Positions 45,864 through 56,019 of a stretch of DNA of 64,000 nucleotides are shown here, one piece after another. How positions within the stretch are numbered: position 1 is the first letter of the stretch; the number at the start of each line of letters is the position of its first letter. This stretch comes from a virus (taxonomy: Duplodnaviria; Caudoviricetes), in the IMG/VR virus record IMGVR_UViG_3300028888_000047, positions 160,001 through 224,000 of that record; one strand, written 5' to 3'. The notes under the pieces were generated by a model that worked only from the letters and a program-made list of their open reading frames with translations, had not been told where the DNA came from and searched no databases. A program made the position numbers and the translations under genes.

Positions 45864-46256
45864 TTATTGTACAATAGCTTGTCCTTTACTAAAATTAATA
45901 TTAATTCCTTGTGATACAACTGGTCCCGCTGAATTAGCACCAGTTGTTAATACAGATATTGCTCCCGGCATATGCGCAACTTGTATATTAGCGTCTTCTT
46001 TAATTGCTCTAAACACTTCTTCAACAATTGCTATCACCAATGCAACTGTTTTATTTTCACTTCCATCTGGCATTGCTTCTGTAGGTATACTATGTTTGCT
46101 TAATGCTTTTACAATATTTCCTGTGGATATAACAGAAGACAATCCGGGTTTTTGCGTACAGCCTATTGCCATAAGCATTCCTGGAATTTCGGGCGCTGGC
46201 TGCCTTGTTATGTTAAATAATGCTTTAATTGCATTAGATATTTCAGATATACTCAT
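45864..46256 (-). CDS. hypothetical structural protein
   Basis: GANSAGPVV C-terminus; start 46256. Confidence 0.7.
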   Translation of the reverse strand: MSISEISNAIKALFNITRQPAPEIPGMLMAIGCTQKPGLSSVISTGNIVKALSKHSIPTEAMPDGSENKTVALVIAIVEEVFRAIKEDANIQVAHMPGAISVLTTGANSAGPVVSQGININFSKGQAIVQ

Positions 46257-46258
46257 TT

Positions 46259-48757
46259 TTAACAATTATTATTTATTGGTGCATTATCTTTATTATCACT
46301 AGGATATATGTCAGCGTAGAATACGTCATCAAGAATTGTTGCCAAATCTGTATCTGTCATATTGCTAAAGTCATAATTATTACCGTATTTATCATTAAAT
46401 CTGCTTGCTACTGAAGATAATATAGAACTTGCTCTTCCTACAGTATCAACTCCTTTATTAAACCACGATAATAACAATCTTATGATTGCCATATATGCAG
46501 CAAATTGTTCTGAAAATACTTTTGCTTGAATTTGTAATGCCATTGGGGTTAAATATTTTAATATATAATCCAATATTTTTTGCATTATTAAATCACGCAC
46601 TTCTCTCACCAACGATTTAATTACGCTTTTCAATAGTTTCATCAAATCTTCTGCATTTAATGGTTCTTCATCCATTCCATTCATCAGCTCATTATTAATG
46701 AATAACAACATTAATAATTTTGGACTAAACAGCGCATCAACCATTGCTGCAACTAATTGCTGCAAAATATTTGTCAGGAAATCAATTTCAACCGTGCTAT
46801 TGTCTGTTGACAATGTTGTATTGTTTTTATTTCCAATACCATTACATGCGGCAATTAATGCTTTATTGATTACTTCTTTCTTTTCCTCATCAGTACCGTT
46901 TTCGGGGAATGTTTCTAATATTTTATTAACTTCAGTAAAATCTATTGTTATCCCCTCGTTATAGCCTTGATTATATGGTAATTGTCTATACCTTATCTCT
47001 TCAGTTTTTTTTAGCATTTCATCATATTGCTCATTGGAAAAGGTATAAAAGCAATCCATAATTTCATCCCCATCTTCTTCAAGGATTTCTTTAACTATTT
47101 CAACAATGTGTTGTTTTCCTGTTATAAATGGGTGTTGTTTTTTATTCTTAAGTTTGTTTAAAGTAAATTGAAAGTCTGCATCGTAGTAAGGGTTTGCTGC
47201 ATTATCAAAAATTCTTTGGCACACAACTTTTGGGTCAAATAATTTCATACCCATTATATAGTCATAGTTAAATTCATATACTGTTAAACCCGGATAACAT
47301 TCAACAAGAATTGAACTTAAATTGGTGACATTATCTAAATAATATTTACCTGTTTTTGTGTTTACATATAATTCTCCTCCTTTTTCATGTATTCCGCCTT
47401 GTGTAATTCCATAAACATCATATTTAATAAAATCACCATCAACAACCCCACGACTCAAAGTTGGCTGTAAATCATATGTTTCTGAAATTAAAGAGAATTT
47501 TCCTTTTTGGTCAGGATTACCATCAGCATCAAATAGCAATCTGATTGGCCTCCATTGTAATTTTACGTCTCCTTCTGATGTTTTATTCACAGAAGGTCCT
47601 AGTACATATGGTTTTGGCAATATTGTAAATCTAAAGTTATATGGTGCTCTTGGTATTTCATGACCCTTATAATCATATTGTGGGCAAAATCTTATATTAC
47701 AAATGGCTTTTTCTTCAGAATAATTTCTATTAGACTTTTTCCTATATCCAAGATTTGAATTATAATAATTTGTTTTATCAACATACCAATTGCAACTAAA
47801 CCAATCTGATGACACTGGAACCAAAGTATTGCTTATCACATTACCTTCATCGTCAACATTACTCTTAATGCAAATTGCTATGTTATTTGGACTTTTATAT
47901 TCAAATAACGTAGTTCCTGCAATAATATTAGATTCGCCATTAATTGGTCTTACTGTAACTTCTCCCAATAAAGATGTGCCTCCACCAATTATTTCATAAA
48001 TGATGTCGTTTATAGAGAAAGTGCCATCACCTGATATGTTTATCCCTATAGGGTTTTGTTTATTTCCTTTATGAACAACATACCATAGGAAAGCATTAAA
48101 ATCATCTGCCCTAACCAATTTTGCTGTTCTTGAATTACCTCCGCCGACAACTTTAACCTCATCAAGCAATATGCTATCATCATACTTTGATATTACTTTT
48201 TTAATTGAATCATCTAAATCTTTATCATTACCACAGCCAAAATAATACAATTTGCCAGGATAAGTAAATGGTGATAGGTCAAGAATACCTTCGGGGTCAA
48301 TTGCGTCAATATTTATGTATAGTCCTCTATCTTCATTTATACCTGTTAATATGTTTGTATAAACAGAATCAGACACTTTCTTCCTCAAACGTTGTGGTAT
48401 TCTTGGGTCTGTATTACAAGAAACTAAAGCTTTTATATTAGATAAAAGAGATGCTTTTACTCCTGTTTCAACAGCCGGTAGTGTATAAACTAATATCTCT
48501 ACAATCCATTCTCTTAATGTATCTCTATCAACCCCAAGAGTTCTTAATATGTTGAATAAAAATCCCAATGGGCTTGCTGAAAACGTAAAAGAATTTGCAT
48601 TAATAATATCAAGCGTAGAATCAACAAAATCTGGCAATGTTTCTAATATTGCCATAGTTGCGTCAATTCTACTAAACACTTCACGTTGTTTATTTACCGC
48701 TCTATTATAATTCCTAACGTTTAAAGTTCCTTTACTGTTTATAAGAGGATTAGCCAT
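46259..48757 (-). CDS. large hypothetical (structural) protein
   Basis: 832 aa. Confidence 0.8.
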   Translation of the reverse strand: MANPLINSKGTLNVRNYNRAVNKQREVFSRIDATMAILETLPDFVDSTLDIINANSFTFSASPLGFLFNILRTLGVDRDTLREWIVEILVYTLPAVETGVKASLLSNIKALVSCNTDPRIPQRLRKKVSDSVYTNILTGINEDRGLYINIDAIDPEGILDLSPFTYPGKLYYFGCGNDKDLDDSIKKVISKYDDSILLDEVKVVGGGNSRTAKLVRADDFNAFLWYVVHKGNKQNPIGINISGDGTFSINDIIYEIIGGGTSLLGEVTVRPINGESNIIAGTTLFEYKSPNNIAICIKSNVDDEGNVISNTLVPVSSDWFSCNWYVDKTNYYNSNLGYRKKSNRNYSEEKAICNIRFCPQYDYKGHEIPRAPYNFRFTILPKPYVLGPSVNKTSEGDVKLQWRPIRLLFDADGNPDQKGKFSLISETYDLQPTLSRGVVDGDFIKYDVYGITQGGIHEKGGELYVNTKTGKYYLDNVTNLSSILVECYPGLTVYEFNYDYIMGMKLFDPKVVCQRIFDNAANPYYDADFQFTLNKLKNKKQHPFITGKQHIVEIVKEILEEDGDEIMDCFYTFSNEQYDEMLKKTEEIRYRQLPYNQGYNEGITIDFTEVNKILETFPENGTDEEKKEVINKALIAACNGIGNKNNTTLSTDNSTVEIDFLTNILQQLVAAMVDALFSPKLLMLLFINNELMNGMDEEPLNAEDLMKLLKSVIKSLVREVRDLIMQKILDYILKYLTPMALQIQAKVFSEQFAAYMAIIRLLLSWFNKGVDTVGRASSILSSVASRFNDKYGNNYDFSNMTDTDLATILDDVFYADIYPSDNKDNAPINNNC

Positions 48758-49158
48758 TACTTCTTATTTAATTCAATTGTTTTAGTTTGTTCCTTTTCTT
48801 CGTGCATGCTTTTTACCATTTCCTTAATCTTCGAAAGGTCAAATGCCTGTTTTCCTGCTGATTGCGCATCTGATAACGCAGAACCAACATTGCCATTATG
48901 ATGCAATATTTCGGTCATTAACTTGGCTATTTCAACCTTTTTTGAAATTGCCTTATCAATAATTCCAAGGTAATCGTTTATGGATTTTGCATATTTGCTT
49001 TTAGAATCCATTACCTCATTTTGTAATTGTGTTGCATTTGCCAATTTGTTAATCTCATTTTGTGCTTGAACTATTTGGGCATCTGATAAATCATATGCCA
49101 TCTGTAATACGTCTCGTACATTTTGAGAATCATTTAATTCTATTTTAAATTTTGCCAT
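48757..49158 (-). CDS. hypothetical protein
   Basis: 133 aa, helical. Confidence 0.75.
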   Translation of the reverse strand: MAKFKIELNDSQNVRDVLQMAYDLSDAQIVQAQNEINKLANATQLQNEVMDSKSKYAKSINDYLGIIDKAISKKVEIAKLMTEILHHNGNVGSALSDAQSAGKQAFDLSKIKEMVKSMHEEKEQTKTIELNKK

Positions 49159-49170
49159 AGTTTTATATCT

Positions 49171-49719
49171 TTAAAAAGGTGATTCAAAATCTTTTAAAAA
49201 TGGATGTTTAGTGTCTTTTTCTGATAATATGGCTTTATCTGTAGGTATTTTCCAATCAATACCCAATGATTCATCAAGAATGTTAATTCCTCCATCTGCT
49301 TCTGGATGATAAAAATTATCACATTTATATTGGAATATTGCCTCATCACTTAATACCGCAAAGCCATGCGCAAAACCCTTTGGAATAAATAATTGCCTAT
49401 GGTTATCTTCTGTAAGCTCTACGGCAACGTGTTTGCCATATGTTGGACTATCCTTTCTCAAATCAACAGCAACGTCTAATACAAAACCTTTAACGCATCT
49501 TACAAGCTTTGCTTGTGTATATGGCGGCCTTTGAAAATGAAGCCCTCTCATAACGCCATAAGTGGATTTTGATTCATTATCCTGTATGAAGTCAACAAAT
49601 TTTACTTTGTTAATAAAATTCAAATCGTTGTATGATTCAAAAAAATAGCCCCTTGAGTCATTAAATATTTTTGGTTCTATAATGACCACGCCATCCAATT
49701 CAGTTTCAATTACGTTCAT
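49171..49719 (-). CDS. rfbC: dTDP-4-dehydrorhamnose 3,5-epimerase
   Basis: DSRGYFFE, QDNES, RGLHFQ, QAKLVRC, GFAHGF. Confidence 0.96.
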   Translation of the reverse strand: MNVIETELDGVVIIEPKIFNDSRGYFFESYNDLNFINKVKFVDFIQDNESKSTYGVMRGLHFQRPPYTQAKLVRCVKGFVLDVAVDLRKDSPTYGKHVAVELTEDNHRQLFIPKGFAHGFAVLSDEAIFQYKCDNFYHPEADGGINILDESLGIDWKIPTDKAILSEKDTKHPFLKDFESPF

Positions 49720-49739
49720 TACAATAAATATTACGATAA

Positions 49740-50480
49740 TTATTCTTCAAGCATTTGTTTTTTTAATAAATAATATGACGCTTTGAACCCCTTCATTGAG
49801 TCTCTTATGTCCTTTGTGGATAAAAGCGTTGTTTCTTTTAAAAAAAACAATATTGAGCTTTTATTAAATTTATCACTACCTGTTCTTGCAAATAATTCTT
49901 CCCAATTTGTCAATATCTCAACCAATGCTTTTCCTACCTTAATTTGGTTATCTGTTAATTTATTCTTAACCGGGTCATCCAATTCATTTTGAATATCTTT
50001 TGCTGTTTTTCTCATCAGTTCATTAAGAAACTCTAAATTATTTTGTCCACCGTTATATGAATATCTTAATGCATCTGTAATATCTGACATTTCTTCAGTA
50101 TTATATGCATCATATGAACTATTCCTCTTTTGGTTTTTAACAAATTGATTTATTTTATATATTAAATAATTTTTAATTATCGTTCCACAGTAGGAATAAC
50201 TTTTATAACCACTGTCGGGGTCAAAATTTTCAATTTTTGTCATTAAAAATGACATTGTATCATCAAATGTCTCTTGAAAGCTTTCGTCAGGTGGGTATAA
50301 ATTATATCGCCTGATAATAGATTCTGTCATTTTTGTAAAAGCAGGTTTTAATACTGTGTTAAATATCTTTTCCTTTTCTTCCTTGTTTTCGCATCTAAGA
50401 TATTCTCTGAATTTTTCCTCCTGCTCCTCATACCAATATCCTTTTCTGGATTTTCCCGGTTTTCTACCTCTTTTTGCCAT
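49740..50480 (-). CDS. putative late-transcription sigma factor (T4 gp55-like)
   Basis: FLMTKIENFDP..GYKSYSYCGTIIKNYLI resembles sigma region 2 of gp55-type factors. Confidence 0.6.
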   Translation of the reverse strand: MAKRGRKPGKSRKGYWYEEQEEKFREYLRCENKEEKEKIFNTVLKPAFTKMTESIIRRYNLYPPDESFQETFDDTMSFLMTKIENFDPDSGYKSYSYCGTIIKNYLIYKINQFVKNQKRNSSYDAYNTEEMSDITDALRYSYNGGQNNLEFLNELMRKTAKDIQNELDDPVKNKLTDNQIKVGKALVEILTNWEELFARTGSDKFNKSSILFFLKETTLLSTKDIRDSMKGFKASYYLLKKQMLEE

Positions 50481-50547
50481 TTTAATTTGTAAGAATTTTT
50501 ATTTAAAAAATGGCATTAATAATTATTAATGCCATTCCACTTTTTCA

Positions 50548-51339
50548 TTAGTCCTCAGCCTCTTTATCGGCATTATAAACATATTTTGATTTATCTCTCT
50601 CTTGTTTAAAAAATTGTTCTTTGCGTGCAACATTTACCCAGAAGTTGCTTTCTTTTTCATCAATAGTTGTTTTATATCCTTCTATTAAAGAACCCTTTCT
50701 TCCAAGTTTATGCGCATATCCTATCTTTGGTATAACATATATTTTTTTACCATTGTGTGTTGCTCTCAGCAACCACTCATACCAAAATGTAAGCTTTATT
50801 GATGGTTTTAATCCTCCAACTTCTTTCCAATCTTCGGTATTAAATATTCCACCTGTTAGATAGAAATCAAAAAAGTTTTGAAGACAGTCATTATCAATAT
50901 ACCCAATTTCATTTGAGAAAGAACTTGCCCATACAGCCTCATTACCAACGCCAACAAATTTATTATCGTTTGCGTCAATCAAATCTTCCAATGGTAAGAA
51001 TACACTAATGTCTGAATAGAAATCAACATATTTCTTAAAATTATCAAACCAAATTGGTGTATATTCGTCATCATATTCAAGAATGCTAAACCACTTTGAA
51101 TCTCCAACAGCTTGATTTACAAGGCTACAGAAATCACTAGGTGCGTCAGCGGCTTCGCTTTCATATATGACAATATTTTTATTTTTCTTATATGCCTTTT
51201 TAATATCTTCGCTAAGACCATTCTTACAAGAAATCCTTATTTCAAGGTCTTTTGGAACTGAATTGATTGCCTTTGTAAGAAGTTCCTCAACGTCTTTATT
51301 AAATTCATGTAACGGTATAATTATTACTAAATCTTTCAT
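50548..51339 (-). CDS. GT-A/GT2-like glycosyltransferase
   Basis: VIIIPLH...AINSV, ILEYDD, EVGG. Confidence 0.78.
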   Translation of the reverse strand: MKDLVIIIPLHEFNKDVEELLTKAINSVPKDLEIRISCKNGLSEDIKKAYKKNKNIVIYESEAADAPSDFCSLVNQAVGDSKWFSILEYDDEYTPIWFDNFKKYVDFYSDISVFLPLEDLIDANDNKFVGVGNEAVWASSFSNEIGYIDNDCLQNFFDFYLTGGIFNTEDWKEVGGLKPSIKLTFWYEWLLRATHNGKKIYVIPKIGYAHKLGRKGSLIEGYKTTIDEKESNFWVNVARKEQFFKQERDKSKYVYNADKEAED

Positions 51340-51344
51340 ACGAA

Positions 51345-51860
51345 TTACTTTTTATTTTTTTTGTTATTGAAATAGTTTTCAATTATAAGCGATAATAATG
51401 CACAAAATTCTGCTTCTATATCACATTTGCCCATAAAATCGTAACCATCATAATTAATCGCCAAAAAAGAGAATTTTTCAAGGTATGTTAAAAATTCGTC
51501 ATAACTAAAATTATCAACTTTGCATATTACTCTTCTAAGTATTGGGAAAACAATAACGTCAAAATTTACCCCTATTTTTGTTTCATCATCAGGCATACAA
51601 TTGAATTCGTATTTCTTTTTAATCTTAATTACTCTTTCATTTTCCGTTAGTAAATCATGTGAGATATTATCAAATGCAACGGCTATAATCTCTTTCTTTT
51701 CTTCTTCTATTATACCATTAAGGAAACCCATATTTTCCCAACGATTGACTGCTTCTTTAATTACAGCTTCTCCAACATTCCACTTAGACAAATCTTCATA
51801 TCTAAGAGAAGTAACATTTTCTATATTATCCAATACGTATTCTTTTAAAAACTCTGTCAT
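51345..51860 (-). CDS. protein resembling the N-terminal part of a T4-like major capsid protein
   Basis: RWENMGFLNGI...IAVAFDN...FDVIVFPILRRV. Confidence 0.55.
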   Translation of the reverse strand: MTEFLKEYVLDNIENVTSLRYEDLSKWNVGEAVIKEAVNRWENMGFLNGIIEEEKKEIIAVAFDNISHDLLTENERVIKIKKKYEFNCMPDDETKIGVNFDVIVFPILRRVICKVDNFSYDEFLTYLEKFSFLAINYDGYDFMGKCDIEAEFCALLSLIIENYFNNKKNKK

Positions 51861-51863
51861 GGT

Positions 51864-52991
51864 TTACTTTTTATTTTCTTTTTTATTATTGTCTTCCTTT
51901 TCAACATTTCTAATCAATGCCTCAAGCTCCATCTTTCTACCGTTAATATATGCATTTAAAGCATCTTTAAACTCTTTAATTGTTCTTTCCTCTGAATATC
52001 TATCTGTTACCTTCTTTGCTTCGTCAGAAATTTCCTGTGGCACATTATCTGTAATCCAAGAACGAACAACACTTGCAATTTGCCTATGAACATTATTGAA
52101 GTCATCAAACCATACACAACAGTTTCTTAATGTTCCAACATTTTCATCACCGTCAGCATCAATCCATTCAAGAGGAGTATTTGGAACTTTTGCAATTACA
52201 ATAGAACCACTTTTCATGGCTTCTATTGCACTATAACCAAAGCTTGTATCAGTATCTACCCAAATGGTTATTGCAGCATCTCTGAGGGCATTTGCAAAGC
52301 CTTCTTTTGAAAAACCTCTAAGGTCTCTAAAAGACACCCATTTAAATGTCGGATATTTCCAATAGAAAGGTTTAATAATCTTATTAATATCAGATTGGTC
52401 TTTCGCAACAATATTTATTACCATCTTTTTTGGCTCAATTGTATTTCCAAATTTTTTATCAATATACGGTGTAACAACCTTTGTTTTAACATATGGGAAA
52501 ATGTCTTTTATTAGTTCAGCGTTATACTCTGTATTTGTTAAGCAATCCAATATTGCAAAATCCCCCCATTGTGCTGCAAATGGCATCTGTTCGATTAAAT
52601 AGTCATAATTTTGTAAAATTGCAACTCTCTTACATGGCAATTTCTTTGTCTGATTCATAACATTTGAAAAAATCTCAGGTATAAATACAATATCAGAAGG
52701 CGTAATTTCTACCTCGTCTTTTGAAACGTTATAATGTGGTAAGTTTGCATATTCTTCTCCAAGCCATTCAGATACGCCTACAAACTCATCGTTTTTTTCC
52801 AATTGATATAACATTCCGGTTTCATAACCTTCATTTTTCGCAATCATTGCAAGTTTATAGATATACTCCAATGACCCTGAAGCAATGCCTTTGGTATCCA
52901 AAACAAAGAAAAATACTTTATTTTCCTTCTTATCTATTTTTGCAATCTCTTCTTTAACTTTATCTAAAGCCTTTAATTTCTTTTCATCCAT
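51864..52991 (-). CDS. GT-B/GT4-like glycosyltransferase
   Basis: DIVFIPE, SFGYSAIEAMKSG. Confidence 0.78.
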   Translation of the reverse strand: MDEKKLKALDKVKEEIAKIDKKENKVFFFVLDTKGIASGSLEYIYKLAMIAKNEGYETGMLYQLEKNDEFVGVSEWLGEEYANLPHYNVSKDEVEITPSDIVFIPEIFSNVMNQTKKLPCKRVAILQNYDYLIEQMPFAAQWGDFAILDCLTNTEYNAELIKDIFPYVKTKVVTPYIDKKFGNTIEPKKMVINIVAKDQSDINKIIKPFYWKYPTFKWVSFRDLRGFSKEGFANALRDAAITIWVDTDTSFGYSAIEAMKSGSIVIAKVPNTPLEWIDADGDENVGTLRNCCVWFDDFNNVHRQIASVVRSWITDNVPQEISDEAKKVTDRYSEERTIKEFKDALNAYINGRKMELEALIRNVEKEDNNKKENKK

Positions 52992-52997
52992 ATTTTA

Positions 52998-53333
52998 TTA
53001 GTTTTCAATTTCTTTAATTAATCCATAACTTCCCATTGTGTTTAATACCATTTTTTGACCCAATGACAATGGTGCAATTTCTTGGTCAAGTTCTACATTA
53101 TCAAGAATATCCATGAACATCTTAATCATATCATATCTTATGGTCTGTCTATTGCTATCTGTACTTTTAACCTCTCTTGTGACTCTCGTTTCGGTTTCAA
53201 GTTTTCCGTCTTCGTTTTTAACCTGTGTCTCGGTGATTTCAACATCACTGCTTCTACCGTCTTCATCGCCAAAGATAAAATCTTTAATTCCATCTAAATC
53301 GTAAATTAAATTTGAATTAATTTGTTTTGCCAT
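52998..53333 (-). CDS. hypothetical protein
   Basis: Start moved to MAKQ. Confidence 0.75.
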   Translation of the reverse strand: MAKQINSNLIYDLDGIKDFIFGDEDGRSSDVEITETQVKNEDGKLETETRVTREVKSTDSNRQTIRYDMIKMFMDILDNVELDQEIAPLSLGQKMVLNTMGSYGLIKEIEN

Positions 53334-53961
53334 CTGCAACATTTTTATTTCTTTTATTATTAACAAAGTCTTGCAAAGTTTCAAGCAATTTTTCATCTTT
53401 AATTACACTATCTAAAGAATCATATTCCTTATCAGCTTTACATTCCTTATCTACATTATTTAAAACTTTAATTACATACGTATTATGATTTGTATTGTTA
53501 AAATATTCAATTATTTCTTTATTTCCAGTAATTACAACATCATACTCATCACGTATTTCATCAATAGATTTAGGGAATATTATCTTTCTTACTCTTGTTC
53601 CAATCTTACTTAAAAAGAAATAACTTGATTGGATTGTTAATGAATCTTCCTTTAAGCTAAAGAATGAAATCTCAACTTCATCTTCCTCATAATTTGTAAG
53701 TTCAGATAACCAATTATTTATCAGTACAGGCAACTCCTTGCTCATTGTTTTGGCGCAACCATATAACTCATATGGATAATCAATATAAATGAAATCATTT
53801 TTCTCATCCAACGAATTAAACTTGGCATATTTAAAAACATCATCCTTTTCGTCAATATCTTCAATTTCCAATGTTGGGTCAATATCCTTTTGATAATATT
53901 TCAAAATCTGTTTGTTTATATTTCTTACAACATGATTTAATTCTATTCCTATTTTAATCAT
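53317..53961 (-). CDS. 5'(3')-deoxyribonucleotidase-like HAD-fold protein (degenerate motif)
   Basis: KIGIELNHVVR resembles the IGIDxDGV motif I. Confidence 0.55.
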   Translation of the reverse strand: MIKIGIELNHVVRNINKQILKYYQKDIDPTLEIEDIDEKDDVFKYAKFNSLDEKNDFIYIDYPYELYGCAKTMSKELPVLINNWLSELTNYEEDEVEISFFSLKEDSLTIQSSYFFLSKIGTRVRKIIFPKSIDEIRDEYDVVITGNKEIIEYFNNTNHNTYVIKVLNNVDKECKADKEYDSLDSVIKDEKLLETLQDFVNNKRNKNVADGKTN

Positions 53962-54013
53962 TTTTCTATTTTTATTTTATAAAAAATATTATTAATTATT
54001 TTCAAGTAAATAA

Positions 54014-54877
54014 TTATTCTTCAACAATCGGTCCATTAATAAATTCTTTTTTTTCCTTCTTCTTATACTTTTCTTCCAACTCTGCGTTAAAAAACTTATC
54101 AGTCAAATCTATTACAGTATAATCTTTCCATTGATATAACAATTTAAATTCTCCATTTTCATGATGTACGCCAATTAATTCAGGAGATACAAATGAATAA
54201 GAAACCACGTCAGGTTGCCTATCGGTAGCCTTAAATGTTGTGAAATTCATGCACATAATTGATGAGGCAAAATCATTTCTGCTCAAACCATACGTATCAT
54301 TCCTATTGAAGATTTCTTCCAATTTTTCAAGCTCAGTTACAAATGGTTTTGACTTGAATTCCTGTGGATTTCTAACATCACTAAAATGTAACGTGGTTAC
54401 TGCTTTTTCTCCATCTTTAATCAATACATCAACCAAAGTCAAAAACTCTTGAAGCTTAAATCTAACAGGAGAGATATAATCAATTCTTACTGTGTATTTA
54501 TCAACACCATATGAATCAACTCTACTTAATTCAGTTAAAACATCATCACAAATTAATTTATTTTCTTGAGAAAACTTAATTGTTTTATTATTTTCTTTTT
54601 TTTCTTCTTTCTTAACAGCCACCCCATGGCCAACATATTCGTAGTTATTAGTCTCTCTATCAACCTTATATGTTCTATACCTTAACTCTTCTACCTCTTT
54701 GGTTATTTCTCCCTTTAAAAGGTGCTTAGCAACCCTTTTATCATTCACTTGTTGCTGAACAACAGTGTCATTACCAATACCTGAATTATTTGAACCCATA
54801 ATTTCAGTATCAGCAGCCTTTAAACCAAACGGAAGAGAATAAAATATATTTTTTAATTTATTAAATAGTTTATTCAT
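54014..54877 (-). CDS. hypothetical protein
   Basis: Start moved to ATG 54877. Confidence 0.75.
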   Translation of the reverse strand: MNKLFNKLKNIFYSLPFGLKAADTEIMGSNNSGIGNDTVVQQQVNDKRVAKHLLKGEITKEVEELRYRTYKVDRETNNYEYVGHGVAVKKEEKKENNKTIKFSQENKLICDDVLTELSRVDSYGVDKYTVRIDYISPVRFKLQEFLTLVDVLIKDGEKAVTTLHFSDVRNPQEFKSKPFVTELEKLEEIFNRNDTYGLSRNDFASSIMCMNFTTFKATDRQPDVVSYSFVSPELIGVHHENGEFKLLYQWKDYTVIDLTDKFFNAELEEKYKKKEKKEFINGPIVEE

Positions 54878-55124
54878 ATAATTTAAACAATTTATCTTCA
54901 ATAATTGCATTTATGCTCATTAAAAGTCCTGATAACTTATTTCTCCTATCATGCATCGCTTTAACTTCTGTTGGCATTTTCAAAAATGCCCTATCGTCAT
55001 TTAATGTGGCATAAGTTGTTAAATTCTTATCATAATCATTGCATATAGAAGCCACTAAAGCCCTCAATGATGCCAAATCTTCAATAGATTTATTTGACAA
55101 ATATTTATTTAATTTTCCATCCAT
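54870..55124 (-). CDS. hypothetical protein
   Basis: 84 aa. Confidence 0.7.
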   Translation of the reverse strand: MDGKLNKYLSNKSIEDLASLRALVASICNDYDKNLTTYATLNDDRAFLKMPTEVKAMHDRRNKLSGLLMSINAIIEDKLFKLYE

Positions 55125-55247
55125 ACAAACATTTTATTAAACTTTTTATTTCTTCTTCCTTTGTTTTTGAAGGATAAAACTTCATTTCCCACTTTCCGCC
55201 ACATCGTATTGGCTCATATTCTATATTTAACTTCATCAACAAATTTT

Positions 55248-55949
55248 TTATTTATTCTTTTTATCCTTTTCAACATCAATTGGATATACATCTTTATATT
55301 TCTCATTAATATATTCCCTTGTTGTATACCAACCTTCTCTCATTTGGCCAACAGAATTATGGGCAAGCCTGATGTTAGTTGTTACACCAATCTTAGTCTT
55401 ACCATCCAAATAGTTATCCAAACACATTGAAATATCATAAAAATCAAAACGTGTGTTTTGGTCAAACTCCTTTGTTATCCTCTTTCTATGTACAGCCATA
55501 AATAAACCATCAATCACGCAAACTTCTTGCAAATCTTTATCCAACAATGGGGAGAAAGATGTTAACCATGACTTTCCTTCGTGACGATGCAAAACCTGTC
55601 CATATTTCTTATCATATTGCCACCATGCCGCCCTTTCATCAAACTGTGCGGAACCGGCAACTCCAATAATGCCATAATCCTCGTGGTCGTTGAATAACTT
55701 TAATATTTCTCTACCCCAACCTTTTCTGAGAAATTCAATATCATCATGAATGAACACAATAATATCATTTTCTGTTTTTTCCGGTGATAATAAAGAATTA
55801 TATATCTCAGATAAACCTACACCATCCGGATTGAACATAAAATACGTGTGAGCATTGCATTCACAAGTATCTTTTATGTGTTCAACAATTTTTTTCTTAA
55901 CCTCATCATTGTTTCTTGAACAAACTACAACTGAAATACTATTTTCCAT
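55248..55949 (-). CDS. glycosyltransferase-like family 2 protein
   Basis: ISVVVCS, VFIHDD, GIIGVAG, IDGLFMA, FDFYD. Confidence 0.85.
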   Translation of the reverse strand: MENSISVVVCSRNNDEVKKKIVEHIKDTCECNAHTYFMFNPDGVGLSEIYNSLLSPEKTENDIIVFIHDDIEFLRKGWGREILKLFNDHEDYGIIGVAGSAQFDERAAWWQYDKKYGQVLHRHEGKSWLTSFSPLLDKDLQEVCVIDGLFMAVHRKRITKEFDQNTRFDFYDISMCLDNYLDGKTKIGVTTNIRLAHNSVGQMREGWYTTREYINEKYKDVYPIDVEKDKKNK

Positions 55950-56019
55950 TATATACTTTTTTATAAAAAATAAAAATTATTTCAAAAAAATAAATATTTA
56001 TGAATAAATAATACGTATT

